Shown: piece after piece, positions 33,768 to 43,325 of the stretch
How the letters are laid out: each line of letters starts with the position of its first letter
Numbering within the stretch: position 1 is the stretch's first letter
Assembly (NCBI GenBank): GCA_018399235.1
Contig: JAGYOX010000001.1
Span: 646 to 64,645 of the forward strand
Length of the DNA stretch: 64,000 bases
Reading direction: 5' to 3'
Source of the DNA: Desulfobacterales bacterium
GTDB taxonomy: Bacteria; Desulfobacterota; Desulfobacteria; Desulfobacterales; Desulfosalsimonadaceae
Notes under the pieces: generated by a model
Seen by the model: the letters and a program-made list of their open reading frames with translations, nothing else
Told to the model about the DNA's origin: nothing
The model's database searches: none
Position numbers and translations under genes: made by a program

Positions 33768-35480
33768 ATGAAAGCTTTGATCCTTGCTGCCGGTTACGGC
33801 ACCCGACTCCGTCCCTTTACTGAAAAGCTCCCCAAACCCCTGTTTCCAATAAACGGGGAGGCAATCCTCAACCGAATGATTACCCGGCTGATATCCGCCG
33901 GATGCACCGGGATTATTATCAATACCCACCACCTGCATGAACAGATGGCATCGTTTATTAAAGCACAGTCCTACCCGATCCCGGTACTGACCCGATATGA
34001 ACCCGCGATACTGGGAACCGGCGGGGCCATCCGGAATGTGGCCGACTTTTTGGATAACGCGCCTTTTTTTGTTATAAACAGCGATATCGTCACCGACCTT
34101 GATCTGAACGCGGTTTATGCCCATCACTGCGGACATGATCATCCGGCTACAATGGTCATGCATGATTATACGGATTTCAATTCCGTTGCCGTAGACGGGT
34201 CAGATTTTATCCGCTCATTTACGCCCGAACGAATTGAACAGGGACATACGCTTCTGGCGTTTACAGGCATTCAGGTACTGGACAAGCGGTTTCTGGCATT
34301 TATTCCAGAAAATCAGGCGGTGGGCAGCATTCAAGTCTATCAATCCATGCTGGAAAGCGGTGTCCATATTAAAGCCTACGTGCCAGATAAGATCTATTGG
34401 CAGGATATCGGTACGCCGGAGCGATATCGTTTGGCCGTGTTCGAGCATACGGCGCCGGAAGCTTTTTTGAATGCATTTGGTTCCCGGCTCGCTATATCCG
34501 ATATCCGACGGAAGCAGCTAAAGGGCGACGGCTCAGACCGAAAATGGTATCGAGTATCCGCAGGTAATCACACCCTGATAATGGCCGATCACGGCATACA
34601 AACCCAACCCCTTGCCGAGGTCGACTCATTTGTCGCCATCGGCCGGCATCTTTTCAAAAAAGGCCTGCCGGTACCGCAAATTTTTCTCCATGAACGATTT
34701 GCCGGGCAGGTCTATTTGGAAGATCTGGGCGACACCCTTTTATATGACTGGATGACGCCCGAACGGACGGAAGACGAAATCCTTATGATTTACCAAACCG
34801 TTATTAAAGAGTTGGTTCGAATGACGGTTTTGGGCGCGGATGGATTTGACCCGGCGGTTGCCTACCAGGGACCAGTCTATGACAAGGATTTGATTCTTGA
34901 AAAGGAATGCCGGTATTTTGTGGATGCGTTTTTAAACGGATATCTCAATCTCAACAAAACCTATCAAGATTTTTCTGATGAGTTTTCCCGGTTGGCCGAT
35001 CTTGCCCTTGAAAACGGCGTATTCGGCTTTATGCACCGGGATATGCAGTCAAGAAATATCATGATCAAAAACAGCATGGCCTATTTTATTGATTTCCAGG
35101 CAGGACGAATCGGACCGATCCAATATGACCTGGCCGCCCTGTTATCCGATCCGTATTCGGTCCTTCCCGATGCTGTCCAGGACCGGCTTCTCGATTTTGC
35201 CGTTAATGAATTAATGAATTGCCGAACCATGGATCGGAAAATTTTCTTAACCGGCTACGCCGCCTGCCGGCTGTGTCGGATCCTCCAGACCCTTGGCGCA
35301 TTCGGCTTTCTTACCCGGATTAAACAAAAGCCCTTTTTCAACCGGTTCATTCCGGTGGCCGTAAGGAACCTGAAAAAAGATCTGACCGGTACGCGTGACC
35401 AATTTCCTGCGCTAAACCGCACGGTGGAAGAAGCTGCTGAACGCGTCGGTCAGATTTTTTCGACCCGGCTTGACGTTTAG
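33768..35480 (+). CDS. Fusion protein: N-terminal sugar-1-phosphate nucleotidyltransferase (MurU-like) plus C-terminal APH-fold sugar kinase (AmgK-like)
   Basis: 570 aa. N-terminus KALILAAGYGTRLRPFT..PKPL (NTP_transferase). C-terminus has kinase catalytic loop HRDMQSRNIMI and IDFQAGRIGPIQYDLAALL, matching the AmgK-type phosphotransferase pattern. Confidence 0.65.
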   Translation: MKALILAAGYGTRLRPFTEKLPKPLFPINGEAILNRMITRLISAGCTGIIINTHHLHEQMASFIKAQSYPIPVLTRYEPAILGTGGAIRNVADFLDNAPFFVINSDIVTDLDLNAVYAHHCGHDHPATMVMHDYTDFNSVAVDGSDFIRSFTPERIEQGHTLLAFTGIQVLDKRFLAFIPENQAVGSIQVYQSMLESGVHIKAYVPDKIYWQDIGTPERYRLAVFEHTAPEAFLNAFGSRLAISDIRRKQLKGDGSDRKWYRVSAGNHTLIMADHGIQTQPLAEVDSFVAIGRHLFKKGLPVPQIFLHERFAGQVYLEDLGDTLLYDWMTPERTEDEILMIYQTVIKELVRMTVLGADGFDPAVAYQGPVYDKDLILEKECRYFVDAFLNGYLNLNKTYQDFSDEFSRLADLALENGVFGFMHRDMQSRNIMIKNSMAYFIDFQAGRIGPIQYDLAALLSDPYSVLPDAVQDRLLDFAVNELMNCRTMDRKIFLTGYAACRLCRILQTLGAFGFLTRIKQKPFFNRFIPVAVRNLKKDLTGTRDQFPALNRTVEEAAERVGQIFSTRLDV

Positions 35481-35527
35481 CCTTTTTTGTTTCAGTATGA
35501 CACAAACAACTGCCAAAAGGAGCCCCT

Positions 35528-36358
35528 ATGAACCGATTAAAATTAATGGTAAACGGCCTTCCCGGAAAAGTGGCCACCGTGATTGCCAAAAATGCCATTG
35601 CCGATGCAGCGGTTGATTTTATCCCGCAGTCCTTTACCGGGCCGGAAATCGAGGCCGAATCAATGACGCTCGATGGTGTCGCCATCCAACTGGTTAAACC
35701 GAAGGATCGGGATAAAGAAATTCAGGTCATCAAATCAAGAGAGGGGATGTTTATCAGCATTGACTTCACCCTGCCGGATGCGGTCAATGTAAATGCGGAA
35801 TTCTATTGCCGCCAGGCGCTTCCCTTTGTCATGGGAACCACCGGCGGGGACCGGGACCGGCTTCAAAAAACCATAGCGGAATCTACCGTTTCTGCTGTCA
35901 TCGCCCCAAACATGGCCAAACAGATTGTCGGCTTCCAGGCCATGATGGCCTATGCGGCAGAGAACTTTCCCGGCCTGTTTGACGGCTATCGTCTGGAGAT
36001 CAAGGAGTCCCATCAGCAAACCAAGGTTGATACCAGCGGAACGGCAAAAGCGATGGTGCGCTATTTTAACCAGTTGGGCACAAGCTTTTCCGAGTCCGAT
36101 ATCATTAAAATCCGTGACCCGGAAATCCAGCAAAAAGAATGGGGCGTGCCCGAACAATACCTGGACGGCCACGGCTGGCATACATACACCCTGACATCGC
36201 AGGATCAAACCGTTCAGTTCTCATTTTCCCATTTTGTCAATGGCCGGGAGATCTATGCCTGGGGCACCCTTGATGCGGCAAGGTTTTTACAAGCAAAAAT
36301 CGAGTCGGATATTAAGGGCCGGGTATTTTCAATGATCGATGTATTAAAAGGAGCCTGA
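35528..36358 (+). CDS. dapB: 4-hydroxy-tetrahydrodipicolinate reductase, DapB (plant/chlamydia-like subtype)
   Basis: 276 aa. N-terminal Rossmann LMVNGLPGKVA, MGTTGG, and the catalytic block ESHQQTKVDTSGTAKA corresponding to E-x-H-H-x-x-K-x-D-x-x-SGTA of DapB. Confidence 0.7.
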   Translation: MNRLKLMVNGLPGKVATVIAKNAIADAAVDFIPQSFTGPEIEAESMTLDGVAIQLVKPKDRDKEIQVIKSREGMFISIDFTLPDAVNVNAEFYCRQALPFVMGTTGGDRDRLQKTIAESTVSAVIAPNMAKQIVGFQAMMAYAAENFPGLFDGYRLEIKESHQQTKVDTSGTAKAMVRYFNQLGTSFSESDIIKIRDPEIQQKEWGVPEQYLDGHGWHTYTLTSQDQTVQFSFSHFVNGREIYAWGTLDAARFLQAKIESDIKGRVFSMIDVLKGA

Positions 36359-36360
36359 GT

Positions 36361-38151
36361 TTGATGCGAAACATAGCCGTTGCCGTCTCTATTATTTTTC
36401 TGGCAGCCGCCCTGACCGCTTCCGCCGGATTATGCGAAACCAGATACCCGGGCGAAGACTGGGCCGACCGGCCCGATCCGCTGGCCTCCCCGCATGCCAA
36501 AAAAGGCGATGAAGTTAAAACCTTCGGCGGCCAGTATCCCAAGAGCCTGAATTACTACCTGGACAACAACACGCTTTCCGCAGAAGTTTTCGGCTCAATG
36601 TTTGAAACCCTGCTCGATATGAACCCGATCACCTTGGATTACGAGCCCGGCCTTGCTGACTGGTGGACCATTTCAGACGATAAAAAAACCTTTACATTCC
36701 ACCTGGATCCGGATGCCAAATGGAGCGACGGGCAACCGGTAACTGCCGCAGATGTCCGCTGGACCTACGATGCGATAATGGATCCCAAAAATCTTACCGG
36801 CCCCCATAAAATAAGTATGGAACGCTTTAATCCGCCGAAAATTATTGATGAGCGAACCATCCAATTTACCGCCAAAAAAGTACATTGGAAGAACCTCCAG
36901 GCGGCCGGCGGGTTTAACATCATTTGCAAACATGCCTACAAGGAACAAGATTTCAACAAGATCAATTTCGAATTCCCCGTGGTGTCCGGCCCGTATAGGC
37001 TGGGGGAAATCGAGGAGGGTATGCTTATTAAGCTCAACCGACGGAAGCAATGGTGGGCAGCCGATGACAAGCGCAACCTGGGGAAATTCAATTTTGACAC
37101 GATTACCTATCGCTTCTACGCGGAGCGCACCAACGCCTTTGAGGCATTTAAAAAGGGTAAAATCGATATCTTTCCGGTCTATACCTCGCGTATATGGATT
37201 AATGAAACCAATGGAGAGGCGTTTTTCAAAAACCACATTATCAAGCAAAAGGTTTACAACCATAGACCCGTCGGCTTTCAGGGCTTTGCCATGAACATTC
37301 GAAAGCCGCCGTTTGATGATATCCGGGTACGAAAAGCCATGGCCCATCTATTGGACCGCCGGAAAATGAACCGCACCCTGATGTATAACCAGTATTTTCT
37401 GCACCGGTCCTATTTTGAAGACCTCTATTCCCCGAAGCATCCATGCCCCAACCCGTTGATCGAGCTGGACAAACAGAAGGCCAGAGACCTTTTAGAGGCG
37501 GCCGGGTGGCGGGTCAATCCCGATACCGGCTACCTGGAAAAAAACGGACGGAGATTCACCTTCAAGTTTCTGTCGAGGAATGCGTCTACAGATAAGTTTC
37601 TATCCATATATGCCGAAGGTTTAAAGGATGTGGGCATCGAGCTGGTAATCGACAAAAAAGACTGGGCCGCCTGGGCCCGGGACATGGATGAGTATAACTT
37701 TCAGATGACATGGGCGGCCTGGAGTTCCGGTGTATTTAAGGACCCGGAAAGCATGTGGCTGTCAAAGGAGGCTGAGCGCAAAGGCGGAAATAATATTACC
37801 GGTTTTAAAAACGAAACCGTGGATGCCCTCATTGAAAAGCAGAAAACCATTTTTGATATTCAAAAGCGAAACGACATCTGCCGGCAAATCGACCAGATCA
37901 TCTATCAGGCTTTTCCATATGTACTTCTATGGAATATCGACTATACCCGGCTTCTGTACTGGAATAAATTCGGGACCCCGACAACCGTGCTTTCCAAATA
38001 TGGGGACGAGTCAAGCGCCCTGGTCTACTGGTGGATGGACCCGGATGCCAAGGCGCTTTTAAGCGATGCGCTCGAGCATGATACGCCCATGCCGCCCAAT
38101 CCGGCACCGGTTAAATTTGACGAGGTGTTTGAGGGGAAAGGGGAAAGGTGA
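36361..38151 (+). CDS. ABC transporter substrate-binding protein, family 5 (peptide/opine/nickel class), orphan
   Basis: 596 aa, signal peptide (IAVAVSIIFLAAALTASAG), SBP_bac_5-like length and composition. Alternative ATG at 36364. The last codons (EGKGER-stop) lie in a GGGGAAA-type repeat. Confidence 0.75.
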   Translation: MMRNIAVAVSIIFLAAALTASAGLCETRYPGEDWADRPDPLASPHAKKGDEVKTFGGQYPKSLNYYLDNNTLSAEVFGSMFETLLDMNPITLDYEPGLADWWTISDDKKTFTFHLDPDAKWSDGQPVTAADVRWTYDAIMDPKNLTGPHKISMERFNPPKIIDERTIQFTAKKVHWKNLQAAGGFNIICKHAYKEQDFNKINFEFPVVSGPYRLGEIEEGMLIKLNRRKQWWAADDKRNLGKFNFDTITYRFYAERTNAFEAFKKGKIDIFPVYTSRIWINETNGEAFFKNHIIKQKVYNHRPVGFQGFAMNIRKPPFDDIRVRKAMAHLLDRRKMNRTLMYNQYFLHRSYFEDLYSPKHPCPNPLIELDKQKARDLLEAAGWRVNPDTGYLEKNGRRFTFKFLSRNASTDKFLSIYAEGLKDVGIELVIDKKDWAAWARDMDEYNFQMTWAAWSSGVFKDPESMWLSKEAERKGGNNITGFKNETVDALIEKQKTIFDIQKRNDICRQIDQIIYQAFPYVLLWNIDYTRLLYWNKFGTPTTVLSKYGDESSALVYWWMDPDAKALLSDALEHDTPMPPNPAPVKFDEVFEGKGER

Positions 38152-38185
38152 AAGGATAAAGGTGAAAGGGGAAAGGGGAAAGGTT
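38131..38185. repeat. Heptamer-like array GGGGAAA/GGTGAAA
   Basis: gaggggaaaggggaaaggtgaaaggataaaggtgaaaggggaaaggggaaagg. Confidence 0.8.
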
Positions 38186-38263
38186 CAAGAGAAAAGCGTT
38201 AAAGCTTTTCGTAAAGAGCGATTTATGCCAGTGTGGCCATCTTTGCAGAAAATAACTCAAAAC

Positions 38264-38305
38264 TGTCATTTCGAGCGACAGCGAGAAATCTTTAACAAAC
38301 AAGAG
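38264..38305. repeat. Half copy of module B
   Basis: tgtcatttcgagcgacagcgagaaatctttaacaaacaag matches the left half of 8482-8553. Confidence 0.8.
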
Positions 38306-38353
38306 GTCTCAAATTCCAGGAAACCGAAGCGCAACACAGATATATGGGGCGTT

Positions 38354-40993
38354 TTACGAAGCCATCGCCGACTGAACGATTTCATAAACCTTGGAGATGG
38401 CCGTATCCAAATTTTCCGGATTGGGCCCACCGGCTTGGGCCATATCCGGTCGTCCGCCGCCGCCGCCGCCGACTTCGGCGGCTACGGATTTGATAATATT
38501 CCCGGCATGAAACCGGCCCAACAGGTCTTTGGTTACGATGACGATCAACAGCGCCTTACCGTTATTGACCGCACCCAGCGCAACGATCCCGGATTGTATC
38601 CGGTCCCTGAATTTATCCGCCATATCGCGGAGTGATGCCGGAGTTTCCGCGTCCACCCGCTTTGCCAGGACCTTGACATCATTGACCGTTTGAATCTCAC
38701 TGTCCGCCTGATCAACCGAAAATGAGGCGATCTTGTTCTTTAAGCGCTCAACTTCCTTCTCTGTTGCGCGTTGCTGGGATAAAATGGCTTCAACGCGCTG
38801 ATACAGGGCTTCCGGCCGCTCCTTTAAAAGCCCCGCGGTTTCCTGGAGTATCCGCATTCGCGACTGGATATGCTCAAACGCGGTTTTACCCGTAAACGCC
38901 TCGATCCGTCGAACGCCGGCGGCCACGCTGGTTTCGCCGATGATTTTAAACAGTCCGATGTTGCCGGTTTTGGAGGTATGAGTTCCTCCGCATAGTTCTT
39001 TGCTGAATTGGCCCAATTCAATGACCCGGACCCGGTCCCCATATTTTTCCTCAAAAAGGGCCATGGCGCCGCTTTGAAAAGCCTCTTCCGCGTCCATTTC
39101 TTCAATATCGACATCGATATTATCCCGGATGCGGGCGTTGACCAGGGCCTCTACAGCCTCAAGCGATTCGGCCGATACCTGGGAAAAATGTGTAAAATCA
39201 AACCGCAGACGGTCAGGCCCGACATATGAACCGGATTGGCGAACATGCTCGCCCAGTACAGACCTCAAGGCGGCATGCAGCAAATGCGTGGCGGTATGAT
39301 TCAAGGCAGTGGCCGTGCGATGTTCCCGGTCAACCGCCAGGTTCGCCTCAACCCCTTTTTCAATCCGGCCGGAAGCCACCTTCCCTTTATGAATAATCAG
39401 GCCGGTCGGATCCTTTGCCGTGTCCGTGACCGATACCTCAAAGCCGTTGCCATAGATCCGTCCTGAATCACCGACCTGCCCGCCGGATTCCGCATAAAAC
39501 GGCGTCATCTCTGTAACAATTTCGACTTCTTCCCCGGCTTGGGCGGATTCAACCGGCTGGTCGGCCTTTACCAGAAACAACACCCTTGATTCATATGTCA
39601 GGCAGTTGTACCCCACAAATGAAGGGAGCCTGTCAAGTGAAGCGGTAAAGCTCTTATAGGCGTCGCTTACGCTTGAGAAAGAGGAAACCGAGCGGGATTT
39701 TTCCCGGCGCTCCGCCATGGCGGCATTGAATCCGTCCATATCGAGTCCGAAATTCTTGTCCCTTACCACATCCTCCACAATATCCACTGGAAACCCGAAT
39801 GTATCGTATAGCTTGAATATCACATCGCCCGGGACCACCGTTTCACCCTTTGCCTGCATTTGGGAAAGCGTTTCATTCAAAAGCTTAAGACCGTTATCCA
39901 GGGTTTCCAGAAAACGAACCTCTTCGTTCTTGATCACATTCGTGATAAACGCCCGCTTTTCCATGAGTTCGGGATAGCCCGCCTTCATTACTGCAAAAAC
40001 GGTTTCAACGGTCTCATGCAGGAAAGGATCGGTGAGCGAAATAAACCGGCCGTACCGTATGGCACGCCTCAGAATCCGGCGCAGTACATAACCCCGCCCT
40101 TCGTTTGACGGCAGCACCCCATCGCCCACTAAAAAAGCTGCAGCCCGGCTGTGGTCGGCAATGACTTTCATGGCCACATCCGTGGCTTGCCCTTCGCCAA
40201 GGGCCTTTCCGGAGAGGGTCTCAATTTTTCGCATGATCGGCATGAACAAATCCGTCTCATAGTTGGTGGGCACATCCTGCACAACAGAGGCGATCCGCTC
40301 AAGCCCCATTCCGGTATCAATGCTGGGGCTCGGAAGAGGCGTCATCTCCCCGGCCTCATCCCGGTTATACTGCATAAACACGAGATTCCATATTTCCAGG
40401 TACCGATCGCATTCACAGCCCGGCATGCAATCCGGCCTGCCGCAGGAAAATTCAGGGCCACGATCAATCAAGACCTCCGAACATGGCCCGCACGGCCCCG
40501 TATCGCCCATGGACCAGAAGTTGTCCTTTTCCCCCAAGCGCACAATCCGCTCAGGAGGCACGCCGATCTTATCCCGCCAGATATCGTAGGCTTCATTATC
40601 ATCCTTATAGACCGATATCCAGAGCTTTTCGGCCGGCAGCCCGTATTCCCCGACCAGCAGATCCCAGCAATACCCGATGGCTTTTTCCTTGAAATAGTCG
40701 CCAAACGAAAAATTGCCCAGCATCTCGAAAAAGGTATGGTGGCGGGCTGTATACCCGACATTCTCCAGATCGTTATGCTTCCCCCCGGCCCTCAAGCATT
40801 TCTGTGAAGTGGCCGCCCGGGTGTAGGCGCGCTTTTCTTCGCCTAAAAAAATCCGCTTAAACTGAACCATTCCGGCATTGGTAAACAACAGGGTGGGGTC
40901 ATCCTGCGGCACAAGCGACGAACTGCGGACAATCTGATGGTCCTGCCGGCGAAAATAATCAAAAAACCGTTTGCGTATTTCGTCTCCAGTCAT
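38354..40993 (-). CDS. alaS: Alanine--tRNA ligase
   Basis: 879 aa. N-terminal class II core FTNAGMVQFK, HHTFFEMLGNFSFGDYFK; editing-domain HxxxH/CGGTH motifs (HTATHLLH, CGGTHTS); C-terminal DHHA1-like GGGGGRPDMAQAGG. Confidence 0.95.
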   Translation of the reverse strand: MTGDEIRKRFFDYFRRQDHQIVRSSSLVPQDDPTLLFTNAGMVQFKRIFLGEEKRAYTRAATSQKCLRAGGKHNDLENVGYTARHHTFFEMLGNFSFGDYFKEKAIGYCWDLLVGEYGLPAEKLWISVYKDDNEAYDIWRDKIGVPPERIVRLGEKDNFWSMGDTGPCGPCSEVLIDRGPEFSCGRPDCMPGCECDRYLEIWNLVFMQYNRDEAGEMTPLPSPSIDTGMGLERIASVVQDVPTNYETDLFMPIMRKIETLSGKALGEGQATDVAMKVIADHSRAAAFLVGDGVLPSNEGRGYVLRRILRRAIRYGRFISLTDPFLHETVETVFAVMKAGYPELMEKRAFITNVIKNEEVRFLETLDNGLKLLNETLSQMQAKGETVVPGDVIFKLYDTFGFPVDIVEDVVRDKNFGLDMDGFNAAMAERREKSRSVSSFSSVSDAYKSFTASLDRLPSFVGYNCLTYESRVLFLVKADQPVESAQAGEEVEIVTEMTPFYAESGGQVGDSGRIYGNGFEVSVTDTAKDPTGLIIHKGKVASGRIEKGVEANLAVDREHRTATALNHTATHLLHAALRSVLGEHVRQSGSYVGPDRLRFDFTHFSQVSAESLEAVEALVNARIRDNIDVDIEEMDAEEAFQSGAMALFEEKYGDRVRVIELGQFSKELCGGTHTSKTGNIGLFKIIGETSVAAGVRRIEAFTGKTAFEHIQSRMRILQETAGLLKERPEALYQRVEAILSQQRATEKEVERLKNKIASFSVDQADSEIQTVNDVKVLAKRVDAETPASLRDMADKFRDRIQSGIVALGAVNNGKALLIVIVTKDLLGRFHAGNIIKSVAAEVGGGGGGRPDMAQAGGPNPENLDTAISKVYEIVQSAMAS

Positions 40994-41005
40994 GCAATCT
41001 CCAGG

Positions 41006-42055
41006 TTATCCCGATGATTCTTCGGCGTCTGGCTCAACGTCATTCGCCGGTTCTGAGACTCCGGCCAAACCGGACGCCTCCTTGACCTCTTGAAGGATTT
41101 TGTTGAAATAATCGGGGTTATCTTTAAAAAACTTTTTCACATTCTCCCGGCCCTGTCCGATCCGCTCCTCTTTATAGGAATACCATGAACCGCTTTTTTC
41201 TACTACCCCTGCCTTTACCCCCATATCCAGGAGATCCCCGGCAACGGATATGCCCTCGCCATAAGTTATATCAAACTCCGCCTCCTTAAAGGGCGGGGCC
41301 ATTTTGTTTTTTACCACCTTCGCCTTGGTCCGGTTGCCCACAACCTCCTGGCCCTCCTTGATCGATCCGGTCCGGCGCACCTCAATCCGCACTGATGAAT
41401 AAAATTTTAAGGCATTGCCGCCGGTGGTGGTCTCCGGGTTGCCAAAGACCACGCCGATTTTCATGCGAAGCTGGTTGATAAAAATCAGCGACGTTTTGGT
41501 TTTGCTGATTGTAGCGGTTAATTTACGCAGGGCCTGGGACATCAGCCGGGCTTGGAGACCCATATGGGCATCCCCCATCTCACCTTCAATCTCGGCCCGC
41601 GGAACAAGGGCGGCCACCGAATCGATGACCAGAATATCAATCGCCCCGCTGCGCACCAGCATATCGACAATTTCCAGGGCCTGCTCACCCGTATCCGGCT
41701 GGGAAACCAGAAGTTCATCGCAGTTGACGCCAAGTTTTCTGGCATATGCGGTGTCCAGGGCGTGTTCCGCATCCACAAAAGCGGCAATTCCCCCTTTTTT
41801 CTGGGCTTCCGCCACGGCATGAAGCGCTAACGTGGTCTTACCGGAGGCTTCCGGCCCATATATTTCGGTTACCCGGCCCCTCGGGATCCCCCCGATTCCC
41901 AGCGCCTTGTCCAGCGCCAGGGAACCTGTGGAAATGACCGGCACTTCAATAATAACGTTTCCGCCGAGCTTCATGATGGAGCCTTTTCCAAACTGCCTTT
42001 CAATCTGGCTGATGGCGGTCTCCACTGCCCGTTCTTTTTCAGTGTTCTGGGTCAT
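41006..42055 (-). CDS. recA: Recombinase RecA
   Basis: 349 aa. [15 protein letters not shown] Walker A, IDSVAAL, conserved L1/L2 loop regions. AGGAGG RBS upstream. Confidence 0.95.
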   Translation of the reverse strand: MTQNTEKERAVETAISQIERQFGKGSIMKLGGNVIIEVPVISTGSLALDKALGIGGIPRGRVTEIYGPEASGKTTLALHAVAEAQKKGGIAAFVDAEHALDTAYARKLGVNCDELLVSQPDTGEQALEIVDMLVRSGAIDILVIDSVAALVPRAEIEGEMGDAHMGLQARLMSQALRKLTATISKTKTSLIFINQLRMKIGVVFGNPETTTGGNALKFYSSVRIEVRRTGSIKEGQEVVGNRTKAKVVKNKMAPPFKEAEFDITYGEGISVAGDLLDMGVKAGVVEKSGSWYSYKEERIGQGRENVKKFFKDNPDYFNKILQEVKEASGLAGVSEPANDVEPDAEESSG

Positions 42056-42067
42056 AGCGCCTCCTGT

Positions 42068-42108
42068 AAAAAAAACATTATATGGGTTTGGAAAAAGTCC
42101 AAACCCAT
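42068..42108 (-). terminator. Rho-independent terminator candidate after thpR, upstream of recA
   Basis: Perfect 11-bp stem ATGGGTTTGGA/TCCAAACCCAT with a 5-nt loop (42082-42108). On the minus strand it is followed after 6 nt by a run of eight T (42068-42075). Confidence 0.55.
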
Positions 42109-42152
42109 TATAACTCTGGTTTTAACAAATAGTCAAAGCCGGCCGGCCGGGT

Positions 42153-42767
42153 TCATTCGACCCCCATGGGAACGCAAAGCAAATCAGAATACACAGGCCC
42201 GCCCGGTTTTAATTCACTTTTAATCAGATAAAGCCTGTCAGCCACAAACCCCCGGGATGCCGTGTTGCCGCACCGGCTGAACGCATCAATAATACTATCC
42301 GGATTGACTTTGCCTTTTATGCGGCCGAGTGTCAAATGGCCTTTAAATTTTTTATTCTCTTTTTCAATGCCTAGTTCTGAAAGCTGCTCATCCAATCGGG
42401 AATGCTGACGGGCAAGGATTTCCACGTCCCCGCCAACGCCCGACCATAGAACGCGGGGCCGTTTTACGCTGGGAAATGCCCCCAGCCCCGTTGCCGAAAG
42501 CGTAAAAGGGGTAAACGGCGCCGCAGCCGATTGCATCGCCGAACCGATTGCGTCGATATCCGTATTTTTAATATTACCCAAAAATTTCAGGGTTAAATGA
42601 ATGTTCTCCGGGGCCACCCATTTGAGGCCTTTAATATCCAGACCTTCTTTTTTCAGAGCCAATTGGACCTGGCGCAGAAATCCGACGACGTCATCAGGCA
42701 GCTTGATGGCAATGAACGCTCGAATGCTTTGAGGTCCTGGTTTGCCCTGATCAGATGATAATGCCAT
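42153..42767 (-). CDS. thpR: RNA 2',3'-cyclic phosphodiesterase (2H family, ThpR/LigT)
   Basis: 204 aa with the two H-x-T-x motifs, HLTLKFLG and HLTLGR. Confidence 0.8.
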   Translation of the reverse strand: MALSSDQGKPGPQSIRAFIAIKLPDDVVGFLRQVQLALKKEGLDIKGLKWVAPENIHLTLKFLGNIKNTDIDAIGSAMQSAAAPFTPFTLSATGLGAFPSVKRPRVLWSGVGGDVEILARQHSRLDEQLSELGIEKENKKFKGHLTLGRIKGKVNPDSIIDAFSRCGNTASRGFVADRLYLIKSELKPGGPVYSDLLCVPMGVE

Positions 42768-42791
42768 AGATCTTCTCGATTCAAAACAGCT

Positions 42792-43265
42792 TCAACATAC
42801 TGACGGCACGAATACCAGCAGAATCCCATGTAACAATAGATTGGCCGCAATGCCGGCGATAACGTCATCAATAACGATCCCCAACCCCCCCGGGCACCGC
42901 TTTTCAAGATAACCGATCGGAAACGGTTTTAATATATCAAAAAACCGGAAAAGAAAAAATCCGGCAACCCAGACGAGGGGTAATACGGGCAGGGCCACAA
43001 GGGCCGTCATCATTCCGATAATCTCGTCAATCACGACCTGCCCGGGATCCTCAACCCCCAGGATGGTTTCCGCCTGATGCGCTACCCATATGGCGAATAC
43101 CGTAAAAATTGCCATTATAAGCAGGATGATCGGCAATTCAAGGAATGCAATCAGCCAAAAAACAATAATTCCGACAACCGAGCCGAATGTTCCCGGAGCA
43201 ACGGGGATATAGCCGACATAGCCGCCAGTGGCCAATCCCAATACCAGCTTGCGCGATAAATTCAT
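42792..43265 (-). CDS. pgpA: Phosphatidylglycerophosphatase A
   Basis: 157 aa, membrane-embedded. GYIPVAPGTFGS, VIDEIIGM and FDILKPFP motifs are typical of PgpA. Confidence 0.8.
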   Translation of the reverse strand: MNLSRKLVLGLATGGYVGYIPVAPGTFGSVVGIIVFWLIAFLELPIILLIMAIFTVFAIWVAHQAETILGVEDPGQVVIDEIIGMMTALVALPVLPLVWVAGFFLFRFFDILKPFPIGYLEKRCPGGLGIVIDDVIAGIAANLLLHGILLVFVPSVC

Positions 43266-43325
43266 GATCGTATTTATATACTGCCTTTGTTCCTGTCAAG
43301 GCATGATGGCCTCGTCGCCTGCTTT

